DNA of 64,000 nucleotides, taken from the NCBI RefSeq assembly GCF_039654945.1, contig NW_027361808.1:15252001-15316000 (forward strand), given 5' to 3'. This DNA is from Dendrobates tinctorius (Eukaryota). Shown piece by piece: positions 11,116 through 25,391 of this stretch. The notes beneath the pieces were generated by a model. The model did not search any database. It was given only the letters and a program-made list of their open reading frames with translations, and was not told the origin of the DNA. The first letter of the stretch is position 1, and each line of letters starts with the position of its first letter. The position numbers and the translations under genes are program-made.

Positions 11116-12954
11116 AAAATAAAAAAATTGTTGCTAAATTATCATTTTTGGGACTAAAAAGTTAAATGTTCATTTTTTCCTTCCACGTTGCTTCTGCTCC
11201 TGTGAAGCACCTGAAGGGTTAATGAACTTCTTGAATGTAGTTTTGAGTAGCTTCAAGGGTGCAGTTTTTAGAATGGTGTCACTTTTGGGTATTTTCTGCC
11301 ATATAGACCCCTCAAAGTGACTTCAAATGTGAGGTGGTCCCTAAAAAAATGGTTTTGTAAGTTTTTGTTGTAAAAATGAGAAATCACTAATCAACTTTTA
11401 ACCCTTATAACTTCCAAACAAAAAAAAATTTTGGTTCCCAAATTGTGCTGATGTAAAGTGGACGTGTGGGAAATGTTATTTAGTAACTATTTTGGGTCAC
11501 ATATTTCTCTGTTTTAAGGGCATAAAAATTAAAAGTTTGAAAATTGCAACATTTTCAAAATTTTCACCATATTTCTGTTTTTTCATAAATAAACGCAATT
11601 AATAGCGAAAAATTTTTACCACTAAAGTGAAGTACAATATGTCATGAGAAAACATTCTCAGAATCGCCTAGATCCGTTGAAGCGTTCCAGAGTTATAACC
11701 TCATAAATTGACAGTGGTCAGAATTGTAAAAATTGGCTCGGTCATGAACGTGCAAACGACCCTTGGGGGTAAAGGGGTTAAACTACACCTTCGAGGAATT
11801 CATCCAATGGAGTAGTGAGTATTTTTAAACCTCTGGAAACTCACAAAATTGTATAACATTGGGCTGTGTAAAAGAAATATTACCATTTTTCCAGTAAAAT
11901 GTTACTTTGGCCTCAGGTTTCTAATTTTCAGAAGGGGTAATAGGAGAAAACAAGCAGTATAATTTGTTAAGCAATTTCTCCTGAAAATGCCAATACCCCA
12001 CAAGTAGTCAAAAAATATTTTTGTTGCACAGTGCAAAGCTGGTTTGGTTTGCGGGTGCCATGTATCATTGACAGAATAGCAGAACCCCCCATAAGTGACC
12101 CCATTTTACAAACTACACCTCACAATTAATATAGTGGTGCAGTGATCATATGGACACCACAGGTGTATCACATAATTTTATACCATTGGGCGGTGAAGAA
12201 AAAATAATTAAATTTTAACTTCCCAAAAATTGTTGTAGTCCCATATTTTATATTTTCACAAGGGGAAATATATAAAAATGGGTAAAAGTGGCACCAAAAT
12301 TTGTCACACAATTTCACATGAACATGGCAATACCCCATATCCAGTACTACATATCCGCACGGTAAGACTCAGGAGGGAAGAAGCACTATTTGACTCTTGA
12401 AGAGCAAATTTTCATAGCATAGTTTGCAAACTCCATATACTGAGCCCTAAATTCCAGAAGAACAGAATCCCCCGTCAAGTGATCTCATTTTGGAAATTGA
12501 ACTCCTCTAGTAATTTATCTACAGGTGTAGTGTTGATTTTTACTCCAATGGTGTTTTACAGAATCAAGCAGCAATGGATGTCGCGTAGTGAAAATTGCAA
12601 ATCTGCCATTTTAGTGCCCGATACAATGTAGTGGCCTTACATTGTGCTTAGCTCTTGCTTCCCGAAGACATGCACGCTGTAAATTAAGTGGACTCTCATC
12701 ACAATAAAAATGCAAAACATGTGGATGCTAAATGTGGTTTAGGCACACTGTTGGGTACATAAGTGAAAGTAGAATTTATTTGATTTTATTTTCTTTTTGG
12801 TGGGGGGAGCCATAGCGCTTTTCCAGAGCCTTTGTGCTACCAATAATGTGGAAACCTCTATATTTCCGTTAACAGATGATGGACCTTTGTGGGGACCAGT
12901 TTTTTTTGGGGGGGGGAGTCAAGGCTTATACTGGGAACATTTTACATAATATTT

Positions 12955-13336
12955 TGGATCACATTTATCCTGTGTTCTATGCTAAACACTTATATCGGGG
13001 TTTACATCTAAATCTCCGAATGATGTGATTCAGATAAAACTCACAACGGATCCATTCACTACAATGAGGCAGCAGAGTTGTTCTGGACTCCGTTTGGACT
13101 CTGATCAGCTGTGTTCTTCTATTCAGAGGTGCACAAAACTGTGGCAGACCATGCTTTAATGCATGCTTAAATAGACACACACCGCAGGATCATAGGCTAG
13201 GCAAAATCCACAGTGTCTCCAGCTGCTTCTTTATAGGGAATCTTCTTTTGAGGATTCTATCTGAATCTCGTATTTCAAAGATTTACACTGGAACCCTGGT
13301 GTAAGCGCGTAGCACAGAATAAGTGTGAGCTGAACC
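12955..13336. mobile_element. Degenerate palindromic MITE
   Basis: Imperfect inverted arms (TTACATCTAAATCT...GATTCAGATA vs TATCTGAATC...AGATTTACA); TSD not resolved. Confidence 0.4.
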
Positions 13337-13465
13337 TCACTGCAATCTTTGAGAGGCAGAATGGACAATTCAACAGCAGGTCAATAATTTGTTTCTTTTT
13401 ACACTGTTCCTTGTGTGGTATCATTGATTAGACAAAGCTATTCTTTGGGTCGGTGTGCTTACAGC

Positions 13466-16400
13466 TAGTTATGAGCGAGCATGCTCACCACTACTCGGTA
13501 CTTGCCCGAGCATCTCACTGCTCGAGATGCTCGGAGCTCGCCGAGTATTTCCGGGGTTGCTTGGCAGGAGCTCGGGTCCCCTCCCTGCATGTTTGGCACT
13601 CTTTACAGAGCCAATGAAGATTCAGAGATTGTTCGCCACACACTGTATTGCCGCAGCCATGTTGGTTGTGGCATTACCGTGATTAGCTGACCACATAGCG
13701 TCATCAGCTCTATATCAGACCTGGCACCACTATGCTCATCACAGTCTACTCTGGAATCAAGCAATGTTGCGAGAGAGTGCTGCTGAGCTAGAGAGATTTG
13801 CTTGTTATTTAGTGTAGGTATACCACAATATATTATACACATATCCATCTCAACTAACAGTCCTTCTGAGGACTAATTCAGTTGCATAGATATCAGTGCT
13901 AGGCAGGCAGGCAGTTTATGTGACAGACTGCAGTGCATATAGCAAGAGGGTCCATTCCAGTTCTGTTTGCTGCTACTTTTACATATTTTTCTACACATAG
14001 CCCCAGGTTTCAGAGGCCAGGAATATTTTTTTTTGGATCTTAATCCGGATTACTTGCTTAAAAACAATCCAAAGAACACTGTTTTTCTGCTTCATTTGCT
14101 TGTTGGCGATGCAGAATACAGCCAGATACTTTCCATATTTCAGCGCTAAAAATCCATCTATATAAAACTGTGGTTTGTCTGTCACATGGATCACATATAA
14201 CTGCGCTCAAAATTCTGCCATTTCTGGCCTCCATTTAGATTTTGCTGCAGTGTGTTACCAAAGTTATTGACACCAGTTTGCTGTTAAAAATAGTTACCTA
14301 CAGGTCAGCTATTTAAAACTGTTTTTTGTCCTTCACATGGATCACATATAAGTGCGCTTAAAATTCTGCCATTTCTGGCCTCCATTTAAATTTTGTTGCA
14401 GTGTGTAAGTGAAGTTATTGACACTAGTTTGCTGATAAAAATAGTTACCTATAGGCCAGCTATTTAAAACTGTGGTTTTCTGTCACACGGATCACATATA
14501 AGTTTGCTCCAAATTCAGCCAATTGTAGTGAACATGGAAAATAATGTCCTCCATTTAAAATGAGCAAGGCACGTGGCAAGGGACAGGAAACTGGACATGA
14601 TGGTGATTATGATGATGCATGGCGTCTCGGCGAGGCCATGGGCAAGCTGAAATTGTGCCACAGCAAACACCCACATCTTCTCACCTGACCTTCCTGTCCC
14701 AATTACTAGGGGACCATAGCACACCACTATTGAACCCAGAGCAGTGTAAAAAGGTTGTTGGTTGGATAACGGAGAATGCTTCCAGTCACTTTTGCCACCA
14801 CCACCAGCACCCTGTCTTCCATACGGTCACAAGAGGTGGACGACGATGAGACACAATTGCCAGAAAGTCAGGAGGAGGACGAGGGTGCGGAAGTGGAAGA
14901 CGAGGTCGTGGATGATATAGTAACTGACCCAACCTGGCAGGAGGACATGAAGAGCGAGGACAGCAGCACACAGGAGGAAGGAGGTGTAGCACCCCAACAG
15001 GCTGGAAGAAACAGTGTGGTGGCCGCAGACAGAAGGCGGGCAACTGTTCCCCATAACACCAACACGAAGGAAGTTGCCAGTCCAACTGTTAGGTCTTCCC
15101 GAGTTTGGTTGTTTTTTTAAAGACTCTGCCGATAACTCCAAAAAGGACATTTGCACCAACTGCCAGACCAGTATCAGCAGGAGCAGCAAAACTACCAGCC
15201 TGACCACAACCAGCATGATCAGGCACATGGCTGCAAAGCACCCGACTTTGTGAGCCAAACCCCAGAGTCCAGGAACAGTGTGCGGGTGACATCACTGCTT
15301 CTTCCGCTGTTGTGCGTGCAAGCCAATCCATATCCTAGTCCTTGGAACGCAAGTGCAAATACGCAGTCAACGCCCCACAGGCCACACTACTAAATTCCCA
15401 CATTTGCAACTGCTTGCGCTTGAAATGTTGCCTTTTAGGCTCGTGGAGATGGAAGCTTTCCGCAACCTGATGGTGGCGACCGTCCCTCAGTACTCGGTCC
15501 CAAGCCATGACTATTTCTCCCAGTGTGCCTTCCCTGCATTTCAGAAGCACGTGTCCCACAACATTAGCCGTGCCCTCAATAATGCAGTTACTGGGAAAGT
15601 CCACCTAACCATGGACATGTGGACAAGTGCTTGTGGGCAGGGATGGTTCATCTCGCTGACGGCACACTGGGTTAACATAGTGGAAGCCAGGACCCAGTCG
15701 GACCTTGGGATGGAACACGTCCTCCCGACGAAGATTGCGGGCCCTAGGTCAATCAGCTCCTGTACCTCATCCTCCTCCTCATCCTCAGCCTCCATCTCCA
15801 AAATGACCACATCAGTCACAAGCTGGAAGCACTGCAGTACTGCCTTAGCCAAGCGGCAACAAGCTTTGCTGAAGCTAATATTCTTAGGTGACAAACCGCA
15901 CAATGCTGAAGAGTTGTGGACAGCTCTGAAAGACCAGGCAGATCTGTGGCTGACACCTCTGAACCTGCAACCAGGCATGGTCGTGTGTGATAATGGCTGG
16001 AACCAGGTGGCAGCCCTGAGGTGAGGTGAGCTCACACATGTACCATGCCTGGCCCATGTGTTTAACCTCATCATTCAGCGGTTTCTCACAACCTACCTGG
16101 AGCTGCCGGATTTGTTTATCAAAGTACGCCGCCTGTGTGCCCATTTTAGAAAGTCAGCTACATCTTCCTCCGCCCTTGCCGTACTTCAGCAGCGTTTGCA
16201 GGTTCCGGCTCACCGACTGGTGTGTGATGTCCCTACTCATTGGAACTCTACACTGCAGATGTTGGGAAGGATTTGTGAGCAGAAGAGGGCAGTTGTTGAC
16301 TACCAGCATCATCAAGGCCATCGGTATTAAGTTCAGACTCCACACATAAGACCTCAGGAGTGGACATGGATGTCAGACATATGTACCATCCTCCAAAATG

Positions 16401-18717
16401 TTGACTCCACCAAGATGGTGAGCTGCGATGCCATAATTAGCATCACCATCCCGCTTCTCTGTGTTCTGAAATGCTCTCTGCTCACAATCAAAGAGGATGC
16501 ATTGCAGGTGGAGCATAAGATGAAGCAAGGAACCATACAGGGTGATTACACACAGCCCAGCCTCATCTCAACCCAACATGGATTGGATGACAATAAGGAA
16601 GAGGAGGAAGAACAGGAGCTAATTTCATGCGCTATAGACAGTAATACCTGCACAACTGTCATACCGTCTGTTCAGTGTGGATGGCCTGAGGACAGGGAGG
16701 AGGAAAGCATGGTTAGTCATCCACTTGGTGAGTACACGGAAGTCTTGCCTGTTAGCAGTGTGGAATGCATGACTGAGTTTATGTTACGCTGCCTTTCCCG
16801 TGCCCCTCACATTCTCAAAATTTTGAGTGACCGTCACTGCTGGTTGGTGACACTTCTAGACCCACGCTACAAGGAGAACTTTCTATCTCTTATTTCCGAG
16901 GTCGACGGGTGTACTAAAATGGTGCAGTACCGAAGTTCTTGTTGCGGAATTATTAAAAAAATTCCCATCTGAAAATGCTGGCAGCAGAGGTCACAGATTG
17001 TTGGACAACCAAGGAGTACAGGCGAGAGAGACAACTCCAATCCAGCAGGGGAACACTGGCAAAGTTCTGGGAGAGTTTTCTCAGACCCTCCCATTGCACA
17101 GGCCCTGAGGCGCGGGGTACTATCACAAGGAGTGCAAAGTTTGGAAAGATGCTGATGGAGTACCTTGCTGACCATACCAACGTCCACCGTGATTCCTCTG
17201 AGCCTTATAATTATTGGATATCCAAGCTGGACATGTGTCTTGAACTGCCTCTCTGCACCTTGGAGGTCCTGCCCTGCCGCTAGCTTTTTGTCAGAGCAGG
17301 TTTTTAGTGCCGCTGGTGGAATTATAACTGATAAGCGCATCCGCCTGTCAACTGAAAATGCTGTCAGGCTGACGCTTATAAAAATGAACAAGGGCTCTGG
17401 ATTGGGCCAGACTTCTCAACACAACTGAATAAAATCAGCGTAACATAAACTCAAATCCAGAGTCTTTTTTTGGGAGGTCTATTCCCATGCTCCTCTGGAC
17501 ACCCACACATGGGTATGCGCTTGCTGATTTTGGCTATTTGTTGTTGTCCTCCTCCTTCTCCTCAACCTCATCCTCCACTATCGTATCACCATGGTGACCG
17601 TGGTCCGTGATGCAACACCCACATAATTCTTTTAAAGGGTGTTTATGATGCCCGTAAAAAAATTGTTATACAGTATGTTCATGTATACCCCCCAGGGGTA
17701 AATCTCTGTCAGCCCATTCACTTAGTGCATGGGCATTATAAGTATAGGAGCATTTTTTTTTATGAGGCCCTCATCCACGTCTCTTCCAAGGGGCATTGGA
17801 GTGCCTCCAAATTTTTGGCAGCCCTTGCATTCACTGCACACGCAAACAATATGGGAGACCCAGTTACTAAAAATGGGAACATTGTTTTCAGGAGGCCCTA
17901 CTGTACGTCTCTGTAAAGGAGTATTGGCGTGCATCCAAATTTTGGGCAGCACTGCCACTCACTGCATACGCAATAACAGTATAAGAGACCCACTGTTAAA
18001 TAATGGGAACAACAAAGCATAGCTGGCTGATGGCTCTCTAAGAATAGTGAGGGCCGGCAGCTGGCCCTTTAAGAATAGTAAAGGACGCCTGATGGCCCTA
18101 TAAAAATAGGCTTTGTGACTTTCAGAGTCCCTCCTTCATAAATGAAGCAGGATGTGTTGGATGATGTGTCACAAACCACATGGCCAGATAAGGTTGTAAA
18201 ATGTTAAAATGACATTTCCCAGTGAATGCATTTGCCTTGGTTGAAAGAAATGCTAAAGGTAAAAAAAAGCATCAAAAACGCTATGTGTGAACTTAGCCCA
18301 AGATGTGGAGGAGAATTTTTATTTTTAGTTATTTATTTTGCCTTATATACAAGTCATTACCCTGGAAAGGATGTTCCTTAACATATTTCCCGGAAAAATC
18401 TATTTTGGTTTTGTTAGTTTTATTGTGAGTCAGTAAAAGTGTCGTAAGACTCAGACAACATTGTTCACAGCAGTGACCTGGGAGTCAGCAATGTTTCCAG
18501 GGGTCTTCCCCATGCTGTTACCATGTCATTTAAGCACTGTTCCCATCAATTTCCGCAATTTCTAGTCCCTCTGCAGAGCGCCGAGGGCCGCCGGAAAAAT
18601 GCTTGCGTTTCCCATAGACTTACATTGGGCTCGTTGCACGTGTCGAGCAACCGAGCATTCCAATCTGCTCAACCCGAGCAACAAGCACCCGAGCATTTTA
18701 GTGCTCACCCATCACTA
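13466..18717 (+). mobile_element. hAT (Ac/ZBED4-like) DNA transposon, full length, decayed
   Basis: 8-bp TSD CTTACAGC (13458-13465 and 18718-18725); TIRs TAGTTATGAGCGAGCA / TGCTCACCCATCACTA; about 130-bp repeats at 14160-14520. Confidence 0.9.
14560..17428 (+). pseudogene. hAT transposase pseudogene (BED finger, DDE core, hATC dimerisation domain) with multiple stops and frameshifts
   Basis: VWLFF..C..C..MIRHMAAKH, LTMDMWTS, VVCDNG, HVPCLAH, CDVPTHWNST, SEQVFSAAG..RLS..LTLIKMN spread over several ORFs. Confidence 0.85.
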
Positions 18718-21700
18718 CTTACAGCAATACCAGATCGTTTTTTTTGGCTGCTATCACACATTAAAAAACACTGGCACATAATATTTTTGATCGCTTTCAA
18801 TTCCAATTTTTGTGAGGCAGCACGAACATAATCCATCAATTCAGGAATTGTTTTTGTAATGCTGTTCACCGGGTGCTAAAAGTGATAATGCAGCTTTATT
18901 CTTCGGGTCAGTATGATTACAGCGATATCACATTTATATAATTTTTTAATGTTTTGGCACTTTTACACAATAAAAACTATTTTATAGAAAAAAGAATTGG
19001 ATTTTCATAGCTGTATTCTGAGATGTATACAGTTTTTATGTTTCCACTGATGAAGCTATATGGCAGCTTGTTTTTTGTGGAACAAGATGTCATTTTTAGC
19101 AGTACCATTTTTATTTACATTTGTCTTTTTGATCTCATTTTCTTCTACTTTTTTCTGCAGTATGATGAAAAAGTACCATATTTTTCGGACTATAAGATGC
19201 ACTTTTTTCCTCCAAAAATGTGGATGAATATGGGGTGTGCGTCTTATAGCCTAGATGTACCTACTCTGGCTGTGGATGGGGAGGTGGCGGCAGCTATGTC
19301 TAACTCCTGTGCCCGCTGCTAAAAAGAAAAGAATATTCACTGCGTTCCATGACCATGGCAGGGGAAAGCAGTGAATATTCAGGAAAGCAGTGAATATTCA
19401 TTTCACTTTCTCATTTCTCTTTACTAGCGAACACGCTGTTAGCCTAAGCAGCTGTCTTCCTGAAGCTGCTGGCGTTAGCATGCGATCGCTACTTAAGGGA
19501 ATGAATATTCACTGCACTCCACTCCCATAGGTGTGGAATGCAGTGACTATTCATTCCCTTTAGTAGTGGCCACACGTGAACGCCCGCCAGCTGCAGGAAG
19601 CTGGCGGCTGTGGCTAACCTTGTGCTCGCTACTAAAGAGCAATGAATACTCACTGCTCTCCACACACATAATCCCATTGTGGGAAGCAGTGAGTATTCCG
19701 GCAGCGGTCCTCGACTTCTTAGCAGCGCATGACATCACTGCCATGTGCTGCTTACAAGCATAAATCAGCTGCTGGCATCGGAACAGGAAGCTGCGAGGGA
19801 GCGCAGGGAGGTGGTGGGAGCAGCGGAATCAGGAGTTGAATAGGGGGATAATAAATGCAGGATCAAGAGTCTTAATGTTTCTACATAGAACAGAGAAAAG
19901 AGAAGAACTAGCTTGGCAGAAAGGCGAAATGAGCAACTGTAGTACACATTGCTATAAAATATGATGATTGCAATATATTAAGAGGATAAAACCTTTGATG
20001 GGAGGACTTCTTTAATCCAAAAAATTGCAAGTAAAAAAATAATGAAAAACATGCAAAAATGGCATAAAAACAATTGTATTTTACACAGCATTTTTCTTGC
20101 CAACACTGATTTTTGCAGCAGAACAGTCTTCTGCAAATACTAATCGTGTGCACGTATACCCTTATAATTAGTCTATGCAGGTTTTTCTACATGAGGTTAA
20201 GAGGATGAAAATACAGGTTATTGCTATGTTCACACATTGCGTTTTTGCTGCTTTTTTCTGCATTTTTTCTGCAAATTAAAAGCTGCTTTTTTACAGTACC
20301 AGCAAAAGCTGAGATTTCAGAAATATCATGCGCATTCCTACATTCTTTTTTTGTAACTGATTGAATTTGAAAACTGCTGCTTGTTTGAAAACTGCAGCTT
20401 GTTAATTCTTTAAATGTTTTTGCAGCGTTTCTTCATAGAAAGTAAGTGCAAAAACGCAGCAAAAAATGGTGCTATCAGTTTTTGCTGCGTTTTTAGTGAA
20501 AAAAAGCGTGTACAGCAGGATGTGAAACCCTTTTATTTTTGTGTTTTTCTCAAGTTTAAACCAAAATGTCTTGATCTCCTCACCTGAGCATTTCTGTTAG
20601 TATTTGTACAGTTTTGTTAAATGACTGATATGTGTTAAAGTAAAGAATGTCTGACCAATGTGTAAAAATGAATAATACCTGACCAACTCAAGGGCTGACC
20701 AATGTGTAAAAGTAAACAGTGCCTAATCCTACAAAATGCTATGCTTATGTCTAACAAACTATTCCTGACCAATTCAACTTCCCTGCTGTTTTTACATTTG
20801 CAATTGTGCATTTTTTCATGAACTCATGAATTTTTTTGTTCAGAAAAAGTCGCTATTTTTTCACACATAAAAATCTTTTTCCACTAAAATTTTTTTTTAT
20901 AACATAATTCTTTATTGAAGAAAATTGTAGCAATAATACAGCTAGAAAGTACATTTCGGATAAACATGTAGAAGTACAACAAGCAGTATATTGCCGAGAA
21001 TAGTAGGTTTGACTAACGGAGTCGAACTAAAAAGTACAACAAAATTAACAGTGAAAACTTTGCATTGGTACAGAGAGATACAGAGGTAACTAAATGATTG
21101 TCATCTTGATGAATATGCGAAAGAAGGTTCCTTTACAGTCTTTTTAATTAGGGCTTGTGCAGAAATGGAATTGTAGGTGAGGGGGATATAACTGTAAAAG
21201 TAGGTAAGGTCTGAAAACTGAAATCTATTGACCTATTGGTGGGAGGACTCCTTTAGAAAAGGGGAGCAAGCAGCTAATGGGCTAGCATAAAAGACCGGAG
21301 AGGCCTGGGGACTTTAGAAGACTAAGTAAGAGCATATCTATGCCTCCAAGAGGCCCAAGCCTTTAAAAAAAGGGGTGTGAATGAGATTCCCAACTGGGAG
21401 CTCCTCCATTCTGTAAATGAGTTTTATTTTTTTCTAACCATTCGGCAAGGGGTGGGGGAGATGGATTCTTCCAGTGGGATGAGATTAAATGTTTGGCTGC
21501 GCTCAATAATAGAGCCAGAGGATCATGTTTTATTAGCCTACAGTCCGATGTGGGACAAGAAAGTAGCACTTCCATAGGAGAGAGGTTTCTGTTTATCAAC
21601 TTTAGGTCTATAAGCGTTTTGTTGGCCCCTGACCAAAAGTCTTTCAGAAGGGGACAGGTCCAGAAGATATGTGACATATTGCCTATTCCCAAACCGCAAC

Positions 21701-23425
21701 TCCAGCATGATTTTGATTCGATTAATCCAAGATGATGCAGAAACTCAGGTGTTCTATACCATCTTGTGAGGATTTTGTAAGAGTTTTCTTGTAACAAAGT
21801 GCATCTGGAGAACCCTTTTGAGTTGGTCAGAACCTTATGTACTTCTGAGTCAGATAGCGAAATGCCTAACTCTTTTTTCCATGAAAGTAGGCAAACTGGT
21901 TTCAGTGAGCTGGGGGGGAAATAATAATTTTGTATATTCTGGAAAGCAGCCTGGGGATAGGCATGGGGAGTTTCGTCAGCATTTCGATCCAGGACCAGTT
22001 TCTGGTCTGTGTATTTAGCATTAAATTTTTTTTAGAATTTCAGAGGTGTGGACTTCTTGTATAAAGTTCTACGGGTACGTGCAGGCGTCTTTAGGCCAGA
22101 TATCTAATAAAGAAACATTTCCTAAGTCCAGTTGGGAAATTGTCTGATATGGGAGTCGGTGCCACATATTGAAAATGTCAATATAGTTGGGGTTAAGAAG
22201 ATATGCAATGACATTTGTGGGTGTTAGTGCGGATAGTCCTTCGGAAATAGAGAAAGTTTTACTTAAGTCGTTTTTGACTTTTAAAGTAGTCAGGGTAATT
22301 GGGTCTAATTTTAAATGGGCGGGGGGTATCAAATCATTCCAGATATAATGGTGCGCATTTTTCTCAAGGAGAAGTAGTTCAAGGTTATTGTGATTCGGGG
22401 ATTGGTATGCACGTGCAAGTTTTAACCATCTATTGATGTGAATGGCTTTATGATAAGAAGTGAAATCTGGAAATTTTAGGCCCCCAGATAAAATCGGGAG
22501 AGTAAGAAATCTGTGGGAAAGCCTTGATTTTTTGAACTTCCAAACGTATTGTGAGATAGTTCTCCTGATGGACGAAAAGAAAGTATTAGGGAGTGGAATT
22601 GGCAACATGGACATTGTGTATAGTATTTTATGTGTGATGTATGTTTTGATTATATTTATCCTTCCCAGCCAAGAAAGGTATGGGTGGTCGAAGGACTTTA
22701 ATTGCCCCTCAATTACCTTAATCAGTTTTTCATAGTTTTCTTTGTATAGAGATCTGGGGGATTCTTGGTAAGGAAAATTCCTAAATATTTAATGTGTTTT
22801 GTAGGCCATTTGAATGGTGTTGTGCCCTTCAGGAAGGAAATGTCTTCATCTGAGGCCGATATATTCAATGCCTCCCATTTGTCCCAATTGATTTTGAAAT
22901 CTGATAATTCGCTAAAATTGTGGAAAATGTCAACTATATAATGTGTGGCTACTCTGGGGTTGGTAATAAGGATGAGCAGGTCGTCAGCGAAGGCTGCGCA
23001 TTTCTGCTCAGTGTATTTAATTTTTAATCCCTTAATATCTGGGTTTTGTCGCACTGCTTGTATTAATGTTTCTATTACCAATATAAAAAGGGTGGGTGAG
23101 AGGGGACAACCCTGTCATGTGCTATTTCGGATGTCAAAGGGTTGAGAATATATACCATTAATTTTTATCTTAGCGGACGGGTCTGAGTATAAAGAAAATA
23201 TAGCTTTGATGAAGTTGCTAGGAAACCCAAATTTTTCAAGTGTTTTTTCCATGAAGTGCCAACTTATGTGGTCAAAAGCCTTTTCGGCGTCGGTTGATAA
23301 GAGGACTAAGGGGGATTTTGTTTTAAATGCGTGGTTAATAGAGTGAAGAATCCTGGCTGCGTTGTCTTCTCCCTCCCTCCCCTTTACAAATCCAGTTTGG
23401 TCAGGGTGGACCAGCTTGGGTATAA

Positions 23426-23821
23426 AGGTACTGTCACACTTAGCGATGTACCAGCGATCCCGACCAGCGATATGACGCGGTCAGGATCGCTGGTACATCG
23501 CTAAGTGGTCGCTAGTGAGCTGCCACATAGGCAGATTTCACTAGCGACATCGCTGGGGACGGGGGTCGCTACTTACCTGTCACACCAGGCGATCCTGCGT
23601 CCTCCCGCCCGGCTCCACGCGTCGCTCGTCCTCACAGCAGGAAGCGACGCAGGAAGCTGACGACGAGAAACAGTCCTGAACGTTCTCGTGCGATCAGCGA
23701 TTACCAGCGGGGGAGCCGGTCGTAGGTAAGTATCAGACACAGCGATATCGCTAGCAATATCGCTATAACGTCACTAGTTATAGCGATATTGCTAGCGATA
23801 TCTCTTAGTGTGACAGGCCCT
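23426..23821. mobile_element. Harbinger-like MITE inserted in L1 ORF2
   Basis: TIRs AGGTACTGTCACACT / AGTGTGACAGGCCCT; flanks TAA and TTA; removing it plus 3 bp restores the L1 frame (RVSGLIPKLVHPDQTGF). Confidence 0.8.
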
Positions 23822-23993
23822 TTAGGCCGCTTACCCTGTTGGCTAAGACTTTAGCCCAAAGTTTGACGTTTGTGTTTAACAGGGATATGGGGCGGTAACT
23901 GCCGCACAGCTCAGGATTCTTCCCCTCCTTGGGTATAATGGATATAAAATTTTCTAACGCTTGTTTGGGTAGGGGGGTGCCTTTTAAGAGTTC

Positions 23994-24899
23994 TGTCAGG
24001 AACACCGCACTGTACTTGCTCACTGAGCCAGTGTGCGTGTCCTGAGTGTCAGCGCCGGCGTGCAGCCTCCGCTGAGCAGTGACTCACCCGCAATGTAGGG
24101 GTACCGGGGTCAGGTACAGCCAGAAAGTACCGATGCACAGGACCTGTGGATGCTGAAGTTTAGGAAGCCAGCATAGGACCTAAGGTCATGTGAATGGTCA
24201 TGTGACTGCAAGGGGGCGGGGCTTAGCGTCCTGCACACAGAGAAGGAAGAGAACTCAGAGTCCAAGCAAAGCAGAGGTTATGCACAGTACAGACCAGCGA
24301 GGTACAGGAGAGATAAACAGATGGGAGGTCAGACAAAGCCAAAGGTCATACACAGGATCACAGTACAGTACCAGGGAGGAGACAGAGCGGATAATCAGGG
24401 CCAAGCAGAGATCAAAACCAAACAGACATATAAGGTACCAGGCAGAATCCAAAGCGATATCCAGGGAACAGACCGAGTCATACACAGAGAATCAAGTAAC
24501 CAGAACACAGCACAAACACACTCAGGGGTCACCACACAATGCCAAGGGCGAAAGTATAACTGACAGGGATGGGAGCGTCCTGAGGCTATAAGAAGCCTCC
24601 CCCAGAACCAGGGAGAGGCCACAATCATAGCCCCAGGTGTGCAGGTAAGCCTGCACCGGGATCACAACCTTTAACCCCAGAAATGCCAGTCATCAGCACT
24701 GGTTCCAAACATTAACCCCACGTGTGCGAGTCAAACCCGCACTGAGATCATGACAGTACCCCCCTCTCAACGGGGGGCCTCTGGACCCCCAGGCCTGCAC
24801 CGGGATCACAACCTTTAACCCCAGAAATGCCAGTCATCAGCACTGGTTCCAAACATTAACCCCACGTGTGCGAGTCAAACCCGCACTGAGATCATGACA
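23994..24899 (-). mobile_element. Internally deleted LTR retrotransposon: 107 bp of 5' LTR, 37 bp of internal sequence with PPT, complete 762-bp 3' LTR
   Basis: TGTCA at 23994; TGACA at 24751-24755 and 24895-24899; 5-bp TSD AGTTC (23989-23993 and 24900-24904); PPT GAGAGGGGGGTAC on the minus strand next to 24755. Confidence 0.88.
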
Positions 24900-25391
24900 A
24901 GTTCATTAAATAGGTTAGACAGGTCTGCGACAAGGATTTCGGCAAACTTTTGTAATATATGATCGGGAAACCGTCAGGACCTGGTGATCTGCCCATAGGT
25001 ATTGATTTTAAGATTTCTAAAATTTCTTGTGTAGTGATTGGGGCCAGTGGTATGTCCTTGTCTGAGGGATTAAGTTTTGGCAAGTCAATAGTGGAAAGGA
25101 AAGTTGAAATTTGATCCTCTGCCACCGTAGGGTCCTGCATTGAGGGGGGTCTGGGCAAGTTGTAGAGGCCCTCATAGAACCACGTGAACGCTTTAGCTAT
25201 GTCGGCTATCTTAGAGACTATTTGAGATTTTTCATTTTTGATTTTTCGTATAAATGCTCGATCTATTTGTTTTTTTAGAAGCGAGGATGTAAGTTTACTT
25301 CCTCTCTTGCCATGCATATAGAATTTCTGCTTACAACTTAGATAAGTTTTGGCTGAACGAACATTTAAGATATCTTTTAATTTGTTCCTTA

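Larger units (their letters stand above)
6326..11777 (+). mobile_element. piggyBac DNA transposon, full length (5.45 kb)
   Basis: TTAA TSDs at 6322-6325 and 11778-11781; termini CCCCTTT...AAAGGGG; internal transposase. Confidence 0.93.
4583..19174 (-). mobile_element. Old non-autonomous piggyBac-family element hosting several younger insertions (right boundary approximate)
   Basis: 4583-4680 is the reverse complement of the piggyBac 3' terminus at 11680-11777. Family motifs (GTGACCCCATTTT, CAATTTCTCCTG, AATACCCCA) continue across the TTAA and CTTACAGC insertion sites. Confidence 0.55.

Noticed and set aside
14560-17428. Host ZBED4/ZBED6 gene
   Set aside because: Many stops and frameshifts, with TIRs and an 8-bp TSD.
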